DNA from: Marsupella aquatica
Taxonomy: Eukaryota; Plantae; Marchantiophyta
Reading direction: 5' to 3'
NCBI GenBank assembly: GCA_973895155.1
Contig: OZ316893.1
Span: forward strand, 6,844,963 to 6,908,962
Length of the DNA stretch: 64,000 bases
Positions 48,400 through 64,000 of the stretch are shown here, in pieces; position 1 is the first letter of the stretch; each line of letters begins with the position of its first letter. A program made the translations under genes and the position numbers. The notes beneath the pieces were generated by a model. That model was not told the origin of the DNA. It ran no database searches and was given only the letters and a program-made list of their open reading frames with translations.

Positions 48400-49900
48400 C
48401 CCACGTGTCAAAGCTGCTGATGCATCAATATGTGCAGTGCCACACATGAATCTCATGGTGGCAAGGTCTCCATCAGCTCCATAAGATGTGGAAGGACCAT
48501 GGGATGTGGAAGGTCCATAGGATGTAGATGCCCCATCACCAGAAGTAGGTCTCACCTAGGAACTAGCCATGGCAGCTAGCTGTTGCTCCAATTGAGCAAT
48601 CTTAGCATCCTTTGGATCTATGGTTACAGTAGGGGCAGCGTCACCTCCCTGTCTCCCTGCATGTGGCATGCCACGACCACGTCCACCACCTCTACCTCCT
48701 CCTCCTCTTCCCTGATCATGTGTATGGGATCCTCCCCTCCGTAACTCAGGGTGGAGTGAGAAACACCTATCCTTGGTGTGTCTAGGAGCTCCACAATGAT
48801 CATATTGTCGCTGATCAGATGCTGATGCTCCCCCTGATCCTCTATGATCTGGGCAATATCTTTGTGCATGATCCCCATCACAGGTCTAACATCCTGACTG
48901 CTGTCCAGCATAAGAGGGCACATGTCTCTAGCTGGTAGACTCTCGTGCAGTAGGCCTCTTCCTCTGGCTCTTTTGTGCAGTAGGTTGTGGTGTGGATGTA
49001 GATGCAGCCTTTGGTGCTTTCTTGGCAAATCCGGAAGTCACCACCTTCTCATTCACCATATTGAGCTCAATGCGCTCAGAAAGGGTAAAAACAACTGCTA
49101 ATGTGGGATCTGCATCCCTAAGTAGAGTGACATCTCTCACTCTACGTCGCAATTCTTTGTCCAAAATTGCATACCAAAACTGGACTGCCTGAGCCTCTAT
49201 CACTCCCTTGGTGACAATGATCAATCTGTGCATACAAGTGTATGCCTCACATAGACTCTCTCCAGTCTTGCGCTGGAACTCCTGGAGACTCTTCAACTTA
49301 TCAGTTCTCACACCCTGATAGTTCTGCTTCAGTACTCCAAAGAATTCCACCACAGGGTTAAATGCTGGCGCAACTCCAGTTCCTGTCACAATCACACCGG
49401 CAAGAGTAGCGGTGGATGCTGCTGGAGTGCTACTGGTGGATGGTATGCCACTCTGGCTAGTGCTGCTAGAAGAAGTAGCAGTTGTGGCAATGGGTTGGGC
49501 AGTTGCACTAGTGCCATAGGTGATGGACACGTAATTAGGCGACCAATGCTGCCTCCATGCCTCAATCTCAACCAAATGAGCCTTCCAAAACTCATGGTAG
49601 TCATCCATGGATGGTCCCTCCAAATGCTGAAATAATCCCTTCCATGCCATGAAAGGGGTAAACAACGTGGCGTTACGTAATGTCTGCATATCACACCACG
49701 TATCAAACTCCTAGATGAAGTCATCCAGATCAATTGTGCCAACTGCACCAGAGTATCATCGTGGGCCCTTTGTAGCCCCGTACATCTTTCCATATCCCAC
49801 AACAAAGGTGCAACCACCTGATGACGAGGAGAACTGGTCACTGAGTCCTCGTCGGAATCACTGTCTGAAGTTGCACTGCTGACTGCGACCAATGCTGCTG
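48400..49900 (-). pseudogene. gag: Gypsy gag (degenerate; boundaries approximate)
   Basis: FQRKTGESLCEAY gag motif; decayed zinc knuckle YDHCGAPRHTKDRC at ~48765-48806. Confidence 0.7.
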
Positions 49901-50662
49901 GCCGAAATTGCGCCCCACTCTGAGTGAAACCGGTCCGTCATCCATTGGGTAACCCAACAGCACCAGAAGAATCCGTGGTGTCCAACCTAACCTAATCTAT
50001 ATGCTAATCCTAAGGGCAATCTGTCCCTGTCAGCAACACAAGCACTCATCATGGTGTGTTGGGCATCACTCCAACATCACCAAGAGAAAAATACGTAGCA
50101 CAACTAGAATGTCCGGTGCAAACCCGGATCACTCCTATAGAATCAAGCGCCCACGCCAAACTAACATGGCGCATAAACAGGAAGCATATGTGGAGAGGAT
50201 CCAATCAACAAGAATAGATCCACAATAACTCTCCACATCAATAGTGATCATACATCAATCAAACAATGTTTATAATGTTCAATGTGGGGCCTTCATAATA
50301 GGCCTCTCAATGTTCAATGTCGTAGCTAAGGATCCATGCACCTTTGGTTCAATCCATGCATCTAGATGGATTCAAAAGCATCACAACCTGAAGGGAGCTT
50401 ATGATTTGGCCCAAAATGGCAATCTAAATAAACTAGAATGTGTATAAAATGCCTAAGTGTTCATTCCATTAACATCAAAGTGGAAAGGAGTGTGTGTACA
50501 CAAGAGCACTTAAGAACCACATAGTTAAGTGCATGGGGAAGGAATAGCTTTGAGATGGGTGACCTCTCACTTGTAGTTATGCACCAAAATGGCCGCTCCA
50601 AAATCAACAGCTTGCAACTACTCCTCATGTACCAGCGCTTGCTGGCCCGCCCGCTCCTACTG

Positions 50663-51930
50663 TGTCCCGAGTAACCACGAGTTGCCTCGAAGCCTCTAAA
50701 CGCCGAGATGAGCCAAAGAGTGAGCCCGCAACGCTTTGCTATGCCGAATCAAGTTTTGGCAACATTCAGATTTCCGTTTCTTGGTTTCCCTTCACAGAAC
50801 GCATCCGGATCAGCTGCGAACAGGCGACAGACAGTCTGCCGTGTCGACGCCCTGTTGAACGGATCCGTGAGTTGCAGCAACTTTGCGAGTCGTTTCCTTC
50901 ATGAAAAATGCAGCCCTTCCACAGAACTTCGGACGCAGCCCTTCCATAGAATCGGCAGCAGCTCGATTCAACATCTTTGACCCTTGTTTCTTTCACGGAA
51001 ACAATGATACCACCGCACGGGGCATCGGCAGATCCGTTCCTTCAGGAAAAGAGCTGTCGCTTCACCTGCGCCTTGCCAACCTCGTCCCATAGTAGCCGAC
51101 AATCAGATCTAAAACCTCACAGTAGCCAGCAATCAGATCTAAAGCCTCAAGGGATCAACTTCCACTGTTCGACATCTACTCAACATTCGCTTTCCTCCAC
51201 GAATCATCAATCAACCTCCAACTCAAAACCTATCACCAATCACAGATCTATAGCGTACAATCGCAGATCTATCAACATCCGCACTCAGCCAACCCGATCT
51301 ACTTCACAAAAATGCCGGCAGCAGCATACTGTCCGTCAAATGGAAGCACAAACTTCTCAATACCGGCGATCCACTCCATGATCCGAGGTACCACGGACCA
51401 AAACAACAGCTCCAATCGATTTGATCTACCACAAATCGTCAATGACAAACTTGGATTGAGCTTCTGTCCGCACAATAGAGTTTGAAGCTACTTATCTTTC
51501 AATGTAATCTCCATACAATCGGCACAACGATCCCGGTCAACAATACCCCATCGATCCCGCACCGATCCGATCACACACGTATGTCAAGCCAACGCACCTT
51601 GCACTACTAAAGGAATCCACGTTACACAAGCGGAGCTCACAGCCACCATAGCCACTCAAGCTCCTCTCTCTCCAAGGCTCAACATTGAAAGATGACCTTT
51701 CAATGCCTCACAAGTGAGAAGTACCCTCTCACACAAACCTAACAAAACCTTATCAGCTCATATAGCACACATACCAAACATACGGATCTAGATAGTACGA
51801 TACACTCTAACACTACCTAGAATGGTGTGACACTTCACAACTTCTGTGGCTCTAGACATGGTTGGACAAGTTGATTGATTGACTTCAAAGACAACTACTA
51901 TTTTACGAGATTAAGTTTGTCACGGAGACA
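50663..51930 (-). repeat. Putative 5' LTR of the MTase-bearing Gypsy
   Basis: Short inverted termini TGTCCCG...CGGAGACA upstream of gag. No canonical PBS recognised and no partner LTR in the window. Confidence 0.4.
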
Positions 51931-53492
51931 TGAAGCAGACTATGATAGTGTGATCTATCAATAAAGCAATGTGATCTTGATTCCTCTGATGATGATCCAA
52001 TAATAATGATGATCTTTTCCATATTTCCCTTCTGACAATCAACCTCAACAACAAATGATAGATTGTCTTGATGGGCCTAATTTTTTTCCGATTTGATAAT
52101 TCATGGACTGGGTGAGAACAAGCTAAATGGTTGGATCCAATGGGAAGGTGGACATGCCCATCCACTTTAGACGTCTGGTCTCTCTTTACAAGTGTACACT
52201 AATTGGTGTTCTGTTTAGGGATGAGGGAGGAGCCAATGCAGCACAGCCAAAGAAGGAGTGATTGTCACGAGGCAGGGGGCAATGTTCCTTCATTGTAGCA
52301 TAGCTATGACTAAGTATTTTTAAAATTGTTGTTAGTTTACTCTTTACATTCTTTCTACTATAACTGTTTTTGTTCGCCTTGCATCAAATATCAACAGTTG
52401 TCTCTAGTTTATATTGCAAACGTAGACATTCCTATTTGTGACAAAAATTGATAGTGTCATCGCAAGTGTTACCATAGAATTTAAAAGGCACTTACCATGG
52501 GGGTCACTAAATACAGCTTGTGCGGAATAGTCCAAATATGGTGCTCAATAACATAATTTACTTGTTAGAGTCAATTGATCAGACAAGACTTAGTAATTTC
52601 AGATCATCTACAGATATATCACTATAAGAAAGAGGATGGAACAAATGTAAGTTTTCCAAGCAAATGTACGGTCAATAATAATTCTAATTGTTTGAAAAAC
52701 ATGAGTAAAATACAATAACACTTGCAAAAGCAATGAAAACTACAATATTACACACTTGAGTAAAGCAAATAAAAACACTCATGTGTAATCACTAGTGATA
52801 CCCAACATATTCATAGACATTATATCCATGAGGGTTTATATATCCCAATGCTTATGGTTTATTGGAGAAGTATTTCATAATGTATTTATGTAATATTTGT
52901 GATAAAATTTCTATGTAATTTTACCAAATCATGCTTACATATATCCTAATGTTCATGGTTTATAGATCAGTAGGTTTCACCTAAACAAAGAGCCCCTACC
53001 TAAATAGAAAGCTCTTCAAAATAGAACTTAAAATTAGATAGGTACAAAATTAATTTACTTTGCTTTCAATCACATAAGAGACTTGTACATTCAACTTAAT
53101 GTATTTATCTTCACTTAGAGACAATATTGTATATCTTTTCACTTTAATGATGTGTTTTTTCTCCTTCATTATCTTATAATAATTGTTTCAATATTCATGA
53201 ATAGGATATAATAAGTGTTTCATAAACTAGTTACAAAATCAATGCTTTACGTACATAAGATAGACTAGACTTTATTATAAATAAGTTAAAATAGGTACGT
53301 GTGTCTTAAAAATGGATATATCTGGTTACCTGAACACATTGCTTGTATCATGTAGACATATTTTTATATTTTGCCTACCCTTATCTAACCATAGTGGAAG
53401 CTTTGCGCATTTCAGTCAACACCCCATTCTATCCCTCTGAATTTTTGGATGTTATATCTAATTACAGGAATTGTGAGAATAAAGCCCTCTTG

Positions 53493-53855
53493 AACACTTA
53501 GTGACATTACTACTATGATTGCACGGGAGAGGCGGTACTATGATTGCACGGGAGAGGCGGTGACACTGCTCTCCTATTGTCCCATTTTTGGGGTGTCTGA
53601 CTTACTATTCTATGTGGTACAGCCTACTTTTCTCTCAGGCCTTGTGCCTTTGTTGGATGGTTGGCCCTTGTTATTGCCGTCATCGTGGTGTGCAGGGTGG
53701 TTTCCTTTGGGTGGTTTTGCCCCCTTTGAGTGTAATTTTTGTGTGCTTTGGCCCCCCTAGGTCTGTTGTTCTTTGTGCCCCGCTGGTCTTTGCCACAATG
53801 GCCTCTGGAATAAATGGGCGGTCTTCTGCCTTCTACTTTAAAAAAATATAAAAAA
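53493..53855 (+). mobile_element. Possible 5'-truncated non-LTR retroposon (A-tailed)
   Basis: AATAAA followed by an A-rich tail; flanked by AAAGCCCTCTTG / AAAGCCCCCTTG; internal 25-bp tandem duplication at ~53510-53560. Confidence 0.35.
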
Positions 53856-54534
53856 GCCCCCTTGTTTTGAGGGGCGTTATATCTCAAAATTCCCTCTAGC
53901 CAGGACAATTATCCTATTCATTGTGCACAGTTTTTGCTCCCAACCCACCACTCTCGTTGCAGCTCACACAGTCCTTGAAATACATTTGCCAAGCCAATTT
54001 ACCCTCCATAACACATTTATTTAACATGCTTATTATTCACAACTATGGGCAAAGAGTAAAATGATGTTCCCATGGATGACAAAGTTGGTCTTGGAAACCC
54101 CATGTACCACATTTCCCAAAATTTGAGTTTAATTGCAATAATTTAATTTTCATAAATTTAAATATTTTTCAGTTTTGAGGATGTGAAGTACTAGGTAAGC
54201 TATTCCCATCAAAGTGACCGTGATTTTTGGCCATTTTGATTGAATTATTCATCATGGAATGTGGAGGCATAAATTCTAATAATTGATTTTCATTGCATTG
54301 ATATGAGATATTAGGGCTTGTGTTTTTTTTGTGTCTCCTCCTTCTCTAGTTACCTTGCCTGTGAAAAACTGAAATTTATTTTAAAACTTATAATACTCAA
54401 ATTATAAGCCCAGCCCTCCTATGGACTACCAAAATGTGATACATGAGAGCATTGTGTCCAAGGTGATGGTCCATCCGGGTTTCACTTTCGGCAACGAGAC
54501 AAGAACATTCGGCTACTGAAATAAATTATAAATA

Positions 54535-54835
54535 ACCAATTGGCTTAGGTCAATTGGCTAGGGGATTTGCTTGGAACTGAGAGGTCCCAGGTTCAATCCC
54601 CTCTATATGTGTGTGGGTGGAATGGATTTTGTGGGTAATGGATTGGAGTTCTGATTATCTGCTCGGCCCCTGGTCGTCCACTTTGTTGCCCTGATTTAAT
54701 CTTCTCTCCTTCCTGGTGTGGGTCAGTGTGGGATCTCTTGGGGCTCACCCTAGTCTAGGTTCCCTACAGAAAAATTGTCACATGGGGAGAATCTAATTGT
54801 ATTTCTTTCCCATTTCCGTTCAAGACAAAAAATAA
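54535..54835 (+). mobile_element. tRNA-derived SINE (~300 bp)
   Basis: Box A-like TGGCTTAGGTCAATTGG, box B GGTTCAATCC (54590-54599), A-rich tail, 16-bp TSD AAATAAATTATAAATA at 54519-54534 and 54836-54851. Confidence 0.85.
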
Positions 54836-55516
54836 AAATAAATTATAAATACTCAAAAGGAAGAAGTGAACAGGATTGGTTGTTGAGCCAGGACCAATCG
54901 ATGCCTCCACATAATTTTATATAGCTATAGGCTCTGGGATCTAACGGACGTGGTAGCATCCCTCACTCCGACAGGAGAATCCGAACCGTGAAATTCACAA
55001 TCATAAATTGCTCCAATTAGGGCCTGTGTAATTCTCTTCGCGTCGTGATTGGTCAAAACTCGTGAAAAGCGATTTTCCCATGTTTTCTCGGCTTATTTTC
55101 AGTGGTTGTTGGGTCGTTGCATGATTGTGAGCGAATCCTGTTGCGTGGGAATAATTACAGTAATAGTTGTGTAAGCGAGAAAAACAAGACCTTTGTTGGC
55201 GCGGAGGGGATGTTCCTCACAGTCGTGACAAGTCGGAAAAATTCGTTCGGAGCTTTTCGAGCTCGGAAGAATCGGTCATTCGGTCCCTTCCATGCTGTGA
55301 GCTCGACTTTTCGCAGCAGCGAATCCTCTGTGCGCGATTCGATTCGACTTGCGGGAGCAGCGAACATCCCAAGAGGCCGCGCGCCATTCGACTCTGTGAC
55401 GAGCGACGATCCCCAAGAGGCCTCGAGGAATTCGAAGCTCTGTAGGGCACCCCTCAGGCGAGGCGGGGTCGCGTAGGTGGAGGGAGAGGTTGGTTGCTTT
55501 CCCAGAACAGAGAGGC

Positions 55517-58725
<3,209 letters not shown>

Positions 58726-59409
58726 ACCAACCACCATGCAGGCTGATAGGTCTCTTTCTCAGTTATTCTTATCTTGATTTGGAAATTCAGCTTTGGCTAG
58801 AAAATGAATTATTAGAGAAGTTTGTCATTGATTACCTGTGATCTGCAAATAAAAGCCATCACATGGCACGGCGGAGGTAGGATAGACCTAGTCTGGAGAG
58901 CAATGTTCAGCTTCTGCTACTGTTTTGGCAAATTTGAGAGGGCTGTGGATGGGCTGTGGATTAGGCAGAGAACCCTAAACCAATTCTTCTCTTCCGATAT
59001 GAATTTTTATGTACCATTGCCAAAAAGAATGCCGAGGCAGTTAATCGGTATACGAGGAAATGCGTGAGAAGGCGGGTAGAGTCCAAAGTAACAATCTACT
59101 GGTGAGATTTACTTCGGACGAAGAAGTTATAAGTAGAAGTTTTAAGTGGAAGTGTTAAACTTCTGATGAATGGAGTTGATGCGCCATGGGAACAGACATT
59201 GGCCTGACAACTCTTGTTGGGTTTCCTGGTATGCAAACTTTTTATTGGAGTCTTGAGCCTGTGGAAGAATTACTAGCATATCAATACTTCCACAAACGCA
59301 TTTCTGTCTGTAAAATCAATACAGCTATTCATCTGAAGAACTGGAAAGTTGATCTTCCAGGAAGGTTTGAACAAATTCTGGTTTCCTTGGATTTTAACTT
59401 CCACCAAAA

Positions 59410-60200
59410 TTTATAAATCAGGGAAAAACAAGGTACAATGAAAGGAGAGAAAAAGAGGTTCAAAGACAACACACACCATGCAAGGGAGAAAGTAAGTGCA
59501 ATACCCAAAAGGACGAAGATAAAAGGAAAAGTGAGGGTCTGTGAATATCAAGAGCAGCCTATCGAAGAAGCTCATCAAACTGATTATGAAGAGACCCAAA
59601 TATCTCTATAGCAAGGTTGAGCCTATTGAAGAAACTCATCAAACTGATTATGAAAATACCCAAATATCTCAATAGCAAGATTGAGGAAAGTATTAGGTGA
59701 AACTTGAGTGACATATTTTGCAGCAAGATTGAGTAAAGTATTAGGTGAAGCTTGAGTGACATATTTTGCCTTTTCTGTTGTGGCCGCCTGGGATGTTGGT
59801 GCCTTTTTTGTTGCCGTTGCTCTCTCAATAAGGTCCTGGCGCAAAGGGTTTGTTATCGCAATATCTGTCAAAATATGTTGACCATCATAGACCATGGTCA
59901 GATCAACCCGCAATTATTGTGGTGGAGGAGTAGGTAGCTCAAGTATCACTTCCTGCCGCACGTGTACCAAAGACCCAAAAAGAACATGAACAATAACATC
60001 ATGAACAACTATAGTTTTGTCTCCCAAATTGAAACAAAGAAAATGGACCCCTATGACATCACAATACATCCCACATGTGCATGAAGTGGGTAGACTTACA
60101 AGAATTGAATGGCAGTCAAGAATTCCTTTGTAGGCATCCGTAGATGAGGGATGGCCAAATTGGCTTGAAGCCACCCTTTTTATCCAGAAGAAGGAATCTG
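59410..60200 (-). mobile_element. Decayed 3' end of an RLE-type (CRE/NeSL-like) non-LTR retrotransposon
   Basis: CTCG...D..GVHFLC......HD zinc knuckle followed by RVDL......TDIAITNP...AA..EK.KY restriction-like endonuclease motif; internal tandem duplications at 59560-59770. Confidence 0.6.
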
Positions 60201-60227
60201 AGTTCGGTCTATTTCAAGTGCCTTGGC

Positions 60228-63200
60228 TGTTAGATATTGCTCTAGTCTTGTGACTCATGAGCTAACTACAGTTAGTCTAACTCGGGTTAGGACTTAGCTA
60301 ATGTTAGCGGTAGTGCTGTTGTGTATATAACCAGGGCTGATGCCAGACCCTGGTGGAACTTAGGCTCATTGTTATGGAGCTAGTCGAGAGATAGGGAGAG
60401 CTTGTGCTGTGGATGCTTGGTATGGCCGGTCGGCCTAGAGTGCAATAAAGCTCTTGTGTGTTCCTGTGGATGTAGCCTCATGTGGAGGTGAACCACGTAT
60501 CTCTCTGTGTCGGCTATTGTGCGTTGGATGGTTCATGGGCTTGCAATTGTGAATGTCGTCTATGCTCAACAAGTGGTATCAGAGCATGCTTGGGAGGTGA
60601 TGAGGTTTTTTCGTGACAAGTTTTTCCAGCGTTCATTGTCGATGGTACATTCGGAGTTTCGTCGCATGAAACTCGAATGTGTGTGGCTGAGCGGATAGGT
60701 TAGTGAGAGGGCTTTCTAACGGTGGTTAGAACTCGCTGATCGGTATCCATGGTGCGGAGGAATCAAAGTTTGCGTCGTTCAGGGTTTATTCGTGTTCGAC
60801 GGTATTTCGGGGGAGAGACCTATGTTTGCGTTTTTCAACGGTGTGAGCTGTGTGGTGCGGGAGGGATCGCACATTATAGCTCAAGTTGAAGGTTGAAGCG
60901 AGCTGGTTGTTTTGGTAGCTGGATAGTTGCCGAGTTGTTACCGAGTGAGACGTGACGAGTGACGGAGGAGTTCAGGTTTTTTCACAAGCTATGGAGCTTG
61001 TTCCCATCTGAACCGGGTTTCTCTTCGTGACGTCCGACTCGGTGGAAGAAACGCAAAGTGCCATGGCTCAACGGTTTGATCGCGACGAAGCGGTCATTTT
61101 GAGTCCGGGATTGGCACTTGACGCGGAGTGAGTGTGACACGACGGAAAGTTTTTCCACTGCTGAGCTTGCAGACTGTGCCGGTGAAATCCAGAAACTTTA
61201 CCCGTCGGTGGTCGTCTTTTTCTTCATGTAAAACAGCGGCGATTTAGGTGTGTAACCAACACTTTTTCCCTTAAAATGACTTTTTTTTTCGGGTTACTTT
61301 AGGGCTAAAATTTTCAATGTGTATACACACGTAGTTACCCCCCTTAAGGCCCTGCCCCGACTTGGACGCCCTCCTTACGGCCTCATTCAGGCCGTGCCCC
61401 CGCGCCCCTATTCATGCTTTGTGCACCGGCAGGCTGCTGCCGCCGCTGACTCCCGTGTTTTCCCCCGACCTCCTTTAAACATCCCCGGCTGGTATGCCGC
61501 CGCCTGGGTACGAGCCCGGCCATACGCCCCCTTACAAATCCCTGGCCCCATACGGGGTGTATTTTGTTTTTTAAGGGACTTAAGGGCCTATTTTAAGCCG
61601 TTTTCTCTTCCTCTTGTTTTCCCTTCGTGTCGGGACTTGCCGGCCTCCGTTTTAACCGCTTGGACAGGAGGAACGGCCCCCTGTGAGACCTGTCGGACTG
61701 TGCGGGAATATTCCCGAAAAACATAGAGTTGTTTTTTGGCCGTCTGACAAAGATTCCATCTACCGAACGATAACATTTTTGGTTCTTTTTCGGCGAGGAC
61801 GTTGCCACTGGAGTTAGCAACGCGGCGCGCCAATCATATCGCGATTCCGACGATGGGTTGTACTTGGTTTTTTGGTTATTCTCCGAGGTGGTCAAAACGG
61901 GGGAGTTTCCCAAGGTTTTACCCACCCCGACCAAAATTTGAATAACTTTTCCGTCGAATTTTGATTTTGATTTTGGCTTTCAGTATTGGACTCCTAGCTT
62001 TGTGTGCTACGCGGCAGTGTTGAGTTTTGAGTTTTGTGAGAAGTTTTGAAAAAAGACGTTTTTTTGTGATTGTTTCATATGAGTGATTCAGAGGATACTG
62101 GAAGAATTAGCGTCGGTGGAGCTTCAGGATCGCGACGGTCAAATGGAGAGTCTGAGGAGGAGCTGCTACCGTTTGAGGAGGAACTTGTAACACCGGTATG
62201 ATCACCGGTGCGGCGTGCAGTGGAGGAAGTTGTACTACTACTAGAGCTGTCGGTAGTAGGGAAGAAGAGGGAGATGGCTAGATTTGGAGGAGTGAAGTTT
62301 GAGGTGGAGAAGTACGATGGTTGTACTGATTACTTGTTGTGGGAGAAGCAAGTGAAGGGTGTTCTTTGGACCATGGGCTTAGCTCATCTGCTTTCATCGC
62401 GAGAGCAGTATGATGGAGAGGAGGAGATTTCTATGAGGCAGTGGAGACAGGAGCAGGTGATTGCTGTCAATGCAGTGATGCTATATCTCAAGCCGCACAT
62501 CATCAAGCAGCTGGATGATTATGCGGATTGTGTGTCACTGTTCAAGGCTCTAAGAGAGAAGTACTATTGGGAAGATGCATCAGACTGGTTGTACAAGAAG
62601 TCTCTCTTGATGAGCCTCAGGCTCAAAGAAGGGAGCAAGATGCAGGATCACCTGGATGAGTTTGACAGTCTAGCAGTGAATCTGTCAAATCTGGGAAAAG
62701 GAGTTGAAGATAAGGATAAGGCCTTGCTTCTGCTAAGCTCCTTACCGCCGCCATATCAGGGCTTGAAATAGGTGCTCTTGTATAGAGATCTGAAGTCCAT
62801 TTCGTATAATGAGGTGGTGAGCTCCTTGCTATCTGATGATGCTCAGAAGAAATTGGGTCATTCACAGACAACATCTTCTTCTGGCATTGCGCTGAACATG
62901 AACCGTGGGAGAGCAGCACAACGCACGAATGGGCAGAACAGGTTTAGATCTACATCACGGGGGAGATCTAAATCCAAAGGGAAATCGCAAGAGAGGAAGC
63001 CTCTTGCATGTTGGAATTGTGGCAAGCCTGGTCACATGAAAAGGGATTGTCGAGTAAAGGTCCCTACTGCATCTGCTAACACGGCATCAAGCTCGCATGA
63101 GGTAGATTTACTCGATGATGATGATATATTGTGATGTCAAGGTTATGCTCTCAACGTAGTGTCAAATCCAGGTAGTGATGACTGGATTCTAGATAGTGCA

Positions 63201-64000
63201 TGTACTTTTCACATTTACTCTAGGAGAGATTTTTTTGGTTCTTACACGGTTTCCAACGGGTCAGTGTTGATGGGAAATGGAATCCCATGTCAAGTTGTTG
63301 GACTTGGATCTATAAGATTTCAGATGTTTGATGGTGCTGGAAAGAACGTTGAGGAATGTGAGACATATTCCCAGCATGATGAAAAATCTCATTTCACTTG
63401 GAGTTTTAGAAGCAAATGACCATCAGTGGAGTTTTGCTAATGGTGTCCTTCAGGTTTCAACTGGTACTAAAGTTGTATTGAAGGGAAAGAGACATAACAA
63501 TCTATACGTTTTGGAGGGCAGTGTAGTTTGTGATGAAGCCAATGTAACCTTATCTCATGAGGAGACGGCCCGACTGTGGCACTTTCGTTTGGGCCGCATG
63601 AGTGAAAAATGTTTGGCTATTCTTCAGAAAAAAGGATTACTTTCTAATTTGCAGTCTTGTAACTAAGTTAGAATTTTGTGAGCACTGTGTGCTTGGGAAG
63701 CAGCACAGGAAACCCTTTGGAGTTGGAGCTCACACCAGCAAGGAGGTACTTGAGTATGTACATAGTGATGTGTGGGGTCCAATCCCTACTCCCTCACATT
63801 CTAGATGATTATACTATGTCACGTTCATAGACGATTACTCAAGGTATGTGTGGATCTACTTTCTACACAGTAAGTCTGATGTTTTTGCCACTTTTAAGGA
63901 GTGGAAAACCCAAGTTGAGAATCAGACTGGTAACAAGGTGAGATATCTTCAATCGGATAACGGCGTTGAATACAGTTCCGAGGAATTTAGAATGTATTGT
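60228..64000 (+). mobile_element. Degenerate Ty1/Copia element (Tork/TAR-like), 5' part
   Basis: 5' LTR 60228-60571 (TGTTAG...TCAACA), PBS TGGTATCAGAGC (tRNA-iMet) at 60574-60585, ~1.7-kb leader. Confidence 0.92.
62274..64000 (+). pseudogene. gag-pol: Copia gag-pol with stops and frameshifts (runs off the window)
   Basis: KFEVEKYDG, LLLSSLP, CWNCGKPGHMKRDC, WILDSACTFH, LWHFRLGRMSEK, CEHCVLGKQHR, VHSDVWGP, SDNGVEY. Confidence 0.92.

Larger units (their letters stand above)
43268..51930 (-). mobile_element. Degenerate Ty3/Gypsy element encoding a C5-DNA methyltransferase (gag-PR-MTase-RT-RH); integrase part displaced by CACTA-A
   Basis: Domain order read on the minus strand; putative 5' LTR ~50663-51930. 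Confidence 0.88.

Noticed and set aside
54535-54610. tRNA gene
   Set aside because: No convincing cloverleaf or acceptor stem; it continues into a 300-bp body with an A-tail and TSD, so it is a SINE.

Overview
Eukaryotic, transposon-dense plant DNA, probably from a non-seed land plant such as a bryophyte (inferred from the TE lineages, short LTRs and enolase type; the species cannot be read from the sequence). About 52 kb is one nested TE stack. The outer element is a minus-strand Ty3/Gypsy (~43268-51930) whose Pol frame carries a complete DNMT3-like C5-cytosine methyltransferase domain between protease and RT. It is split at 43267/43268 by a large minus-strand CACTA element (A). CACTA-A in turn contains a second full-length CACTA of the same family (B, 22039-39086, TSD AGA), a very young intact Bianca-like Copia (11581-17365), an Athila-like Gypsy with a large extra ORF (1-6566), and captured host fragments (RPL18a exon, ubiquitin-like). 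Both CACTA copies carry the same four cargo ORFs upstream of the transposase: a Cys/His-rich orphan, a stand-alone EDM2-type PHD module, a tandem-BRCT protein and an F-box-like protein. The only intact host gene is a 4-exon plastid-type enolase (55874-58725), flanked by a tRNA-derived SINE, a decayed RLE-type LINE and the 5' part of a degenerate Copia. All domain calls are by-eye motif recognition; no searches were run.
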